Source: a virus (Duplodnaviria > Caudoviricetes). From it: a stretch of 64,000 nt of DNA. The number at the start of each line of letters is the position of its first letter. The first letter of the stretch is position 1. A model generated the notes under the pieces. That model was not told the origin of the DNA and made no database searches. It saw only the letters and a list, made by a program, of their open reading frames with translations. The stretch lies in the IMG/VR virus record IMGVR_UViG_3300024433_001307, positions 1,029 through 65,028 of that record; one strand, given 5' to 3'. Below, piece after piece: positions 63,033-64,000 of the stretch. Position numbers and translations under genes: made by a program.

Positions 63033-63631
63033 ATTCTTTCATTATAGTCGGTTATTATACGATGGATACCTTGTACGAGATATTCGCCAAAACCTTTATT
63101 GAATCTCTGAAAGAATTTGATATTCCTTATTATGTGGAAGCAATAGATAGTTTGGGAAGTTGGTATAAAAATACTCATTATAAACCAACCTTTATAAAAA
63201 AGATGCTAAGAAAATTTCCTGATGTGAATATTGTTTATGTGGATTGTGATGCTGTATTTTTTGCCTATCCTAATTTGTTTGAGGAACTGGATTGTAATAT
63301 AGCGATTCATCTTTTTGACCGTACCCGTTACAAAAAGAATAGAGTAACTGGATTTGAAATTTTAAGTGGCACCATATTTCTCAAGAATAATGAAGAGATA
63401 TATGAATTGATGGAGAGATGGGAGAAAGAATGTGAGAAGAATCCTTATGTATGGGACCAAAGGTCTTTACAAAAGATATTGGGTGACAATTTTTATAATC
63501 TACCTCCTCAGTATTGTGAGATTTTTGATATGGAAGATAAGGTTGAATCCCCTATCATTGTTCATTATCAAGCGAGTAGATTGGTTAGAAAGAATAAAGG
63601 AAAATTAACATGCGATATCCGGGAGCGGTAA
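63029..63631 (+). CDS. Nucleotide-diphospho-sugar transferase (GT77-like)
   Basis: YKPTFI, VYVDCDA, LSGTIF, WDQ, IVHYQASR. Confidence 0.8.
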   Translation: MNSFIIVGYYTMDTLYEIFAKTFIESLKEFDIPYYVEAIDSLGSWYKNTHYKPTFIKKMLRKFPDVNIVYVDCDAVFFAYPNLFEELDCNIAIHLFDRTRYKKNRVTGFEILSGTIFLKNNEEIYELMERWEKECEKNPYVWDQRSLQKILGDNFYNLPPQYCEIFDMEDKVESPIIVHYQASRLVRKNKGKLTCDIRER

Positions 63632-63661
63632 CTGGGTCCTTTCCAAAGTGCTTTTGCCAGC

Positions 63662-63958
63662 TCACAACACCAGTCCGCTCCCAGTTTTATCTTGCCCTTT
63701 TAATGCTCTTTGGACAAAAATTTGAGCCGGTTTAAGTTTAGGTAGCATTTTTTTAACCTTTCGCTCACATTTAGTTACAAAAGCCAAACCGATATTCGTG
63801 CCGAGCCATTGTATGACAGAAGCGGCTACAAAGGCATCTCGTTGAGTCATATGTATATGGGAGGAATCATCTTCTAATATCAATTCCAATATCCCAAATC
63901 CATGATTGATTCCTGCTCTTCTTTTATTCACTCGTTCCCATTCTTCAGCGAATATCAT
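63662..63958 (-). CDS. Hypothetical protein converging on the late operon (start may lie beyond the window)
   Basis: ORF with AASVIQWLGTNIG; the frame appears to stay open toward the window edge. Confidence 0.6.
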   Translation of the reverse strand: MIFAEEWERVNKRRAGINHGFGILELILEDDSSHIHMTQRDAFVAASVIQWLGTNIGLAFVTKCERKVKKMLPKLKPAQIFVQRALKGQDKTGSGLVL

Positions 63959-64000
63959 TTCTGCTGGATATTGTATATTTCTTCTTTCGGGATAACTGCC

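Noticed and set aside
1-64000. Alternative genetic code or diversity-generating retroelement
   Set aside because: Genes are intact and densely packed in the standard code; no reverse transcriptase or template/variable repeat pair was seen.

Overview
This window is most of a tailed dsDNA phage genome (siphovirus-like, AT-rich) with two divergent arms that split at about 29.5 kb. The left arm (1-29.2 kb, minus strand) starts with an array of tiny ORFs. They share a repeated leader and two alternating structured-RNA elements: an H-type pseudoknot and a tRNA-like T-arm element. Next come a DUF3150/AAA/VWA-peptidase trio, regulators and a complete replisome (iteron-bearing initiator, DnaB, primase, split PolA, clamp, clamp loader, SSB, RecA, UvsY-like). 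Embedded in this arm is a 7-deazaguanine DNA-modification operon: queD, queE, a PRTase-folE fusion, a second T-fold enzyme, a radical SAM enzyme, a glycosyltransferase and dpdA, with no queC in the window. The right arm (29.7-63.6 kb, plus strand) encodes terminase, portal, head, tail and tail-tip genes. It also has a SAM decarboxylase and microproteins inside the head module, and it ends in a nine-gene glycosyltransferase/methyltransferase cluster. The best candidates for new biology are the possible glycosylated or radical-SAM-tailored deazaguanine base, the structured-RNA cassette array, a two-state leader RNA before the initiator, and a 71-bp element duplicated 27 kb apart. All calls come from motif recognition by eye; no database searches were run.
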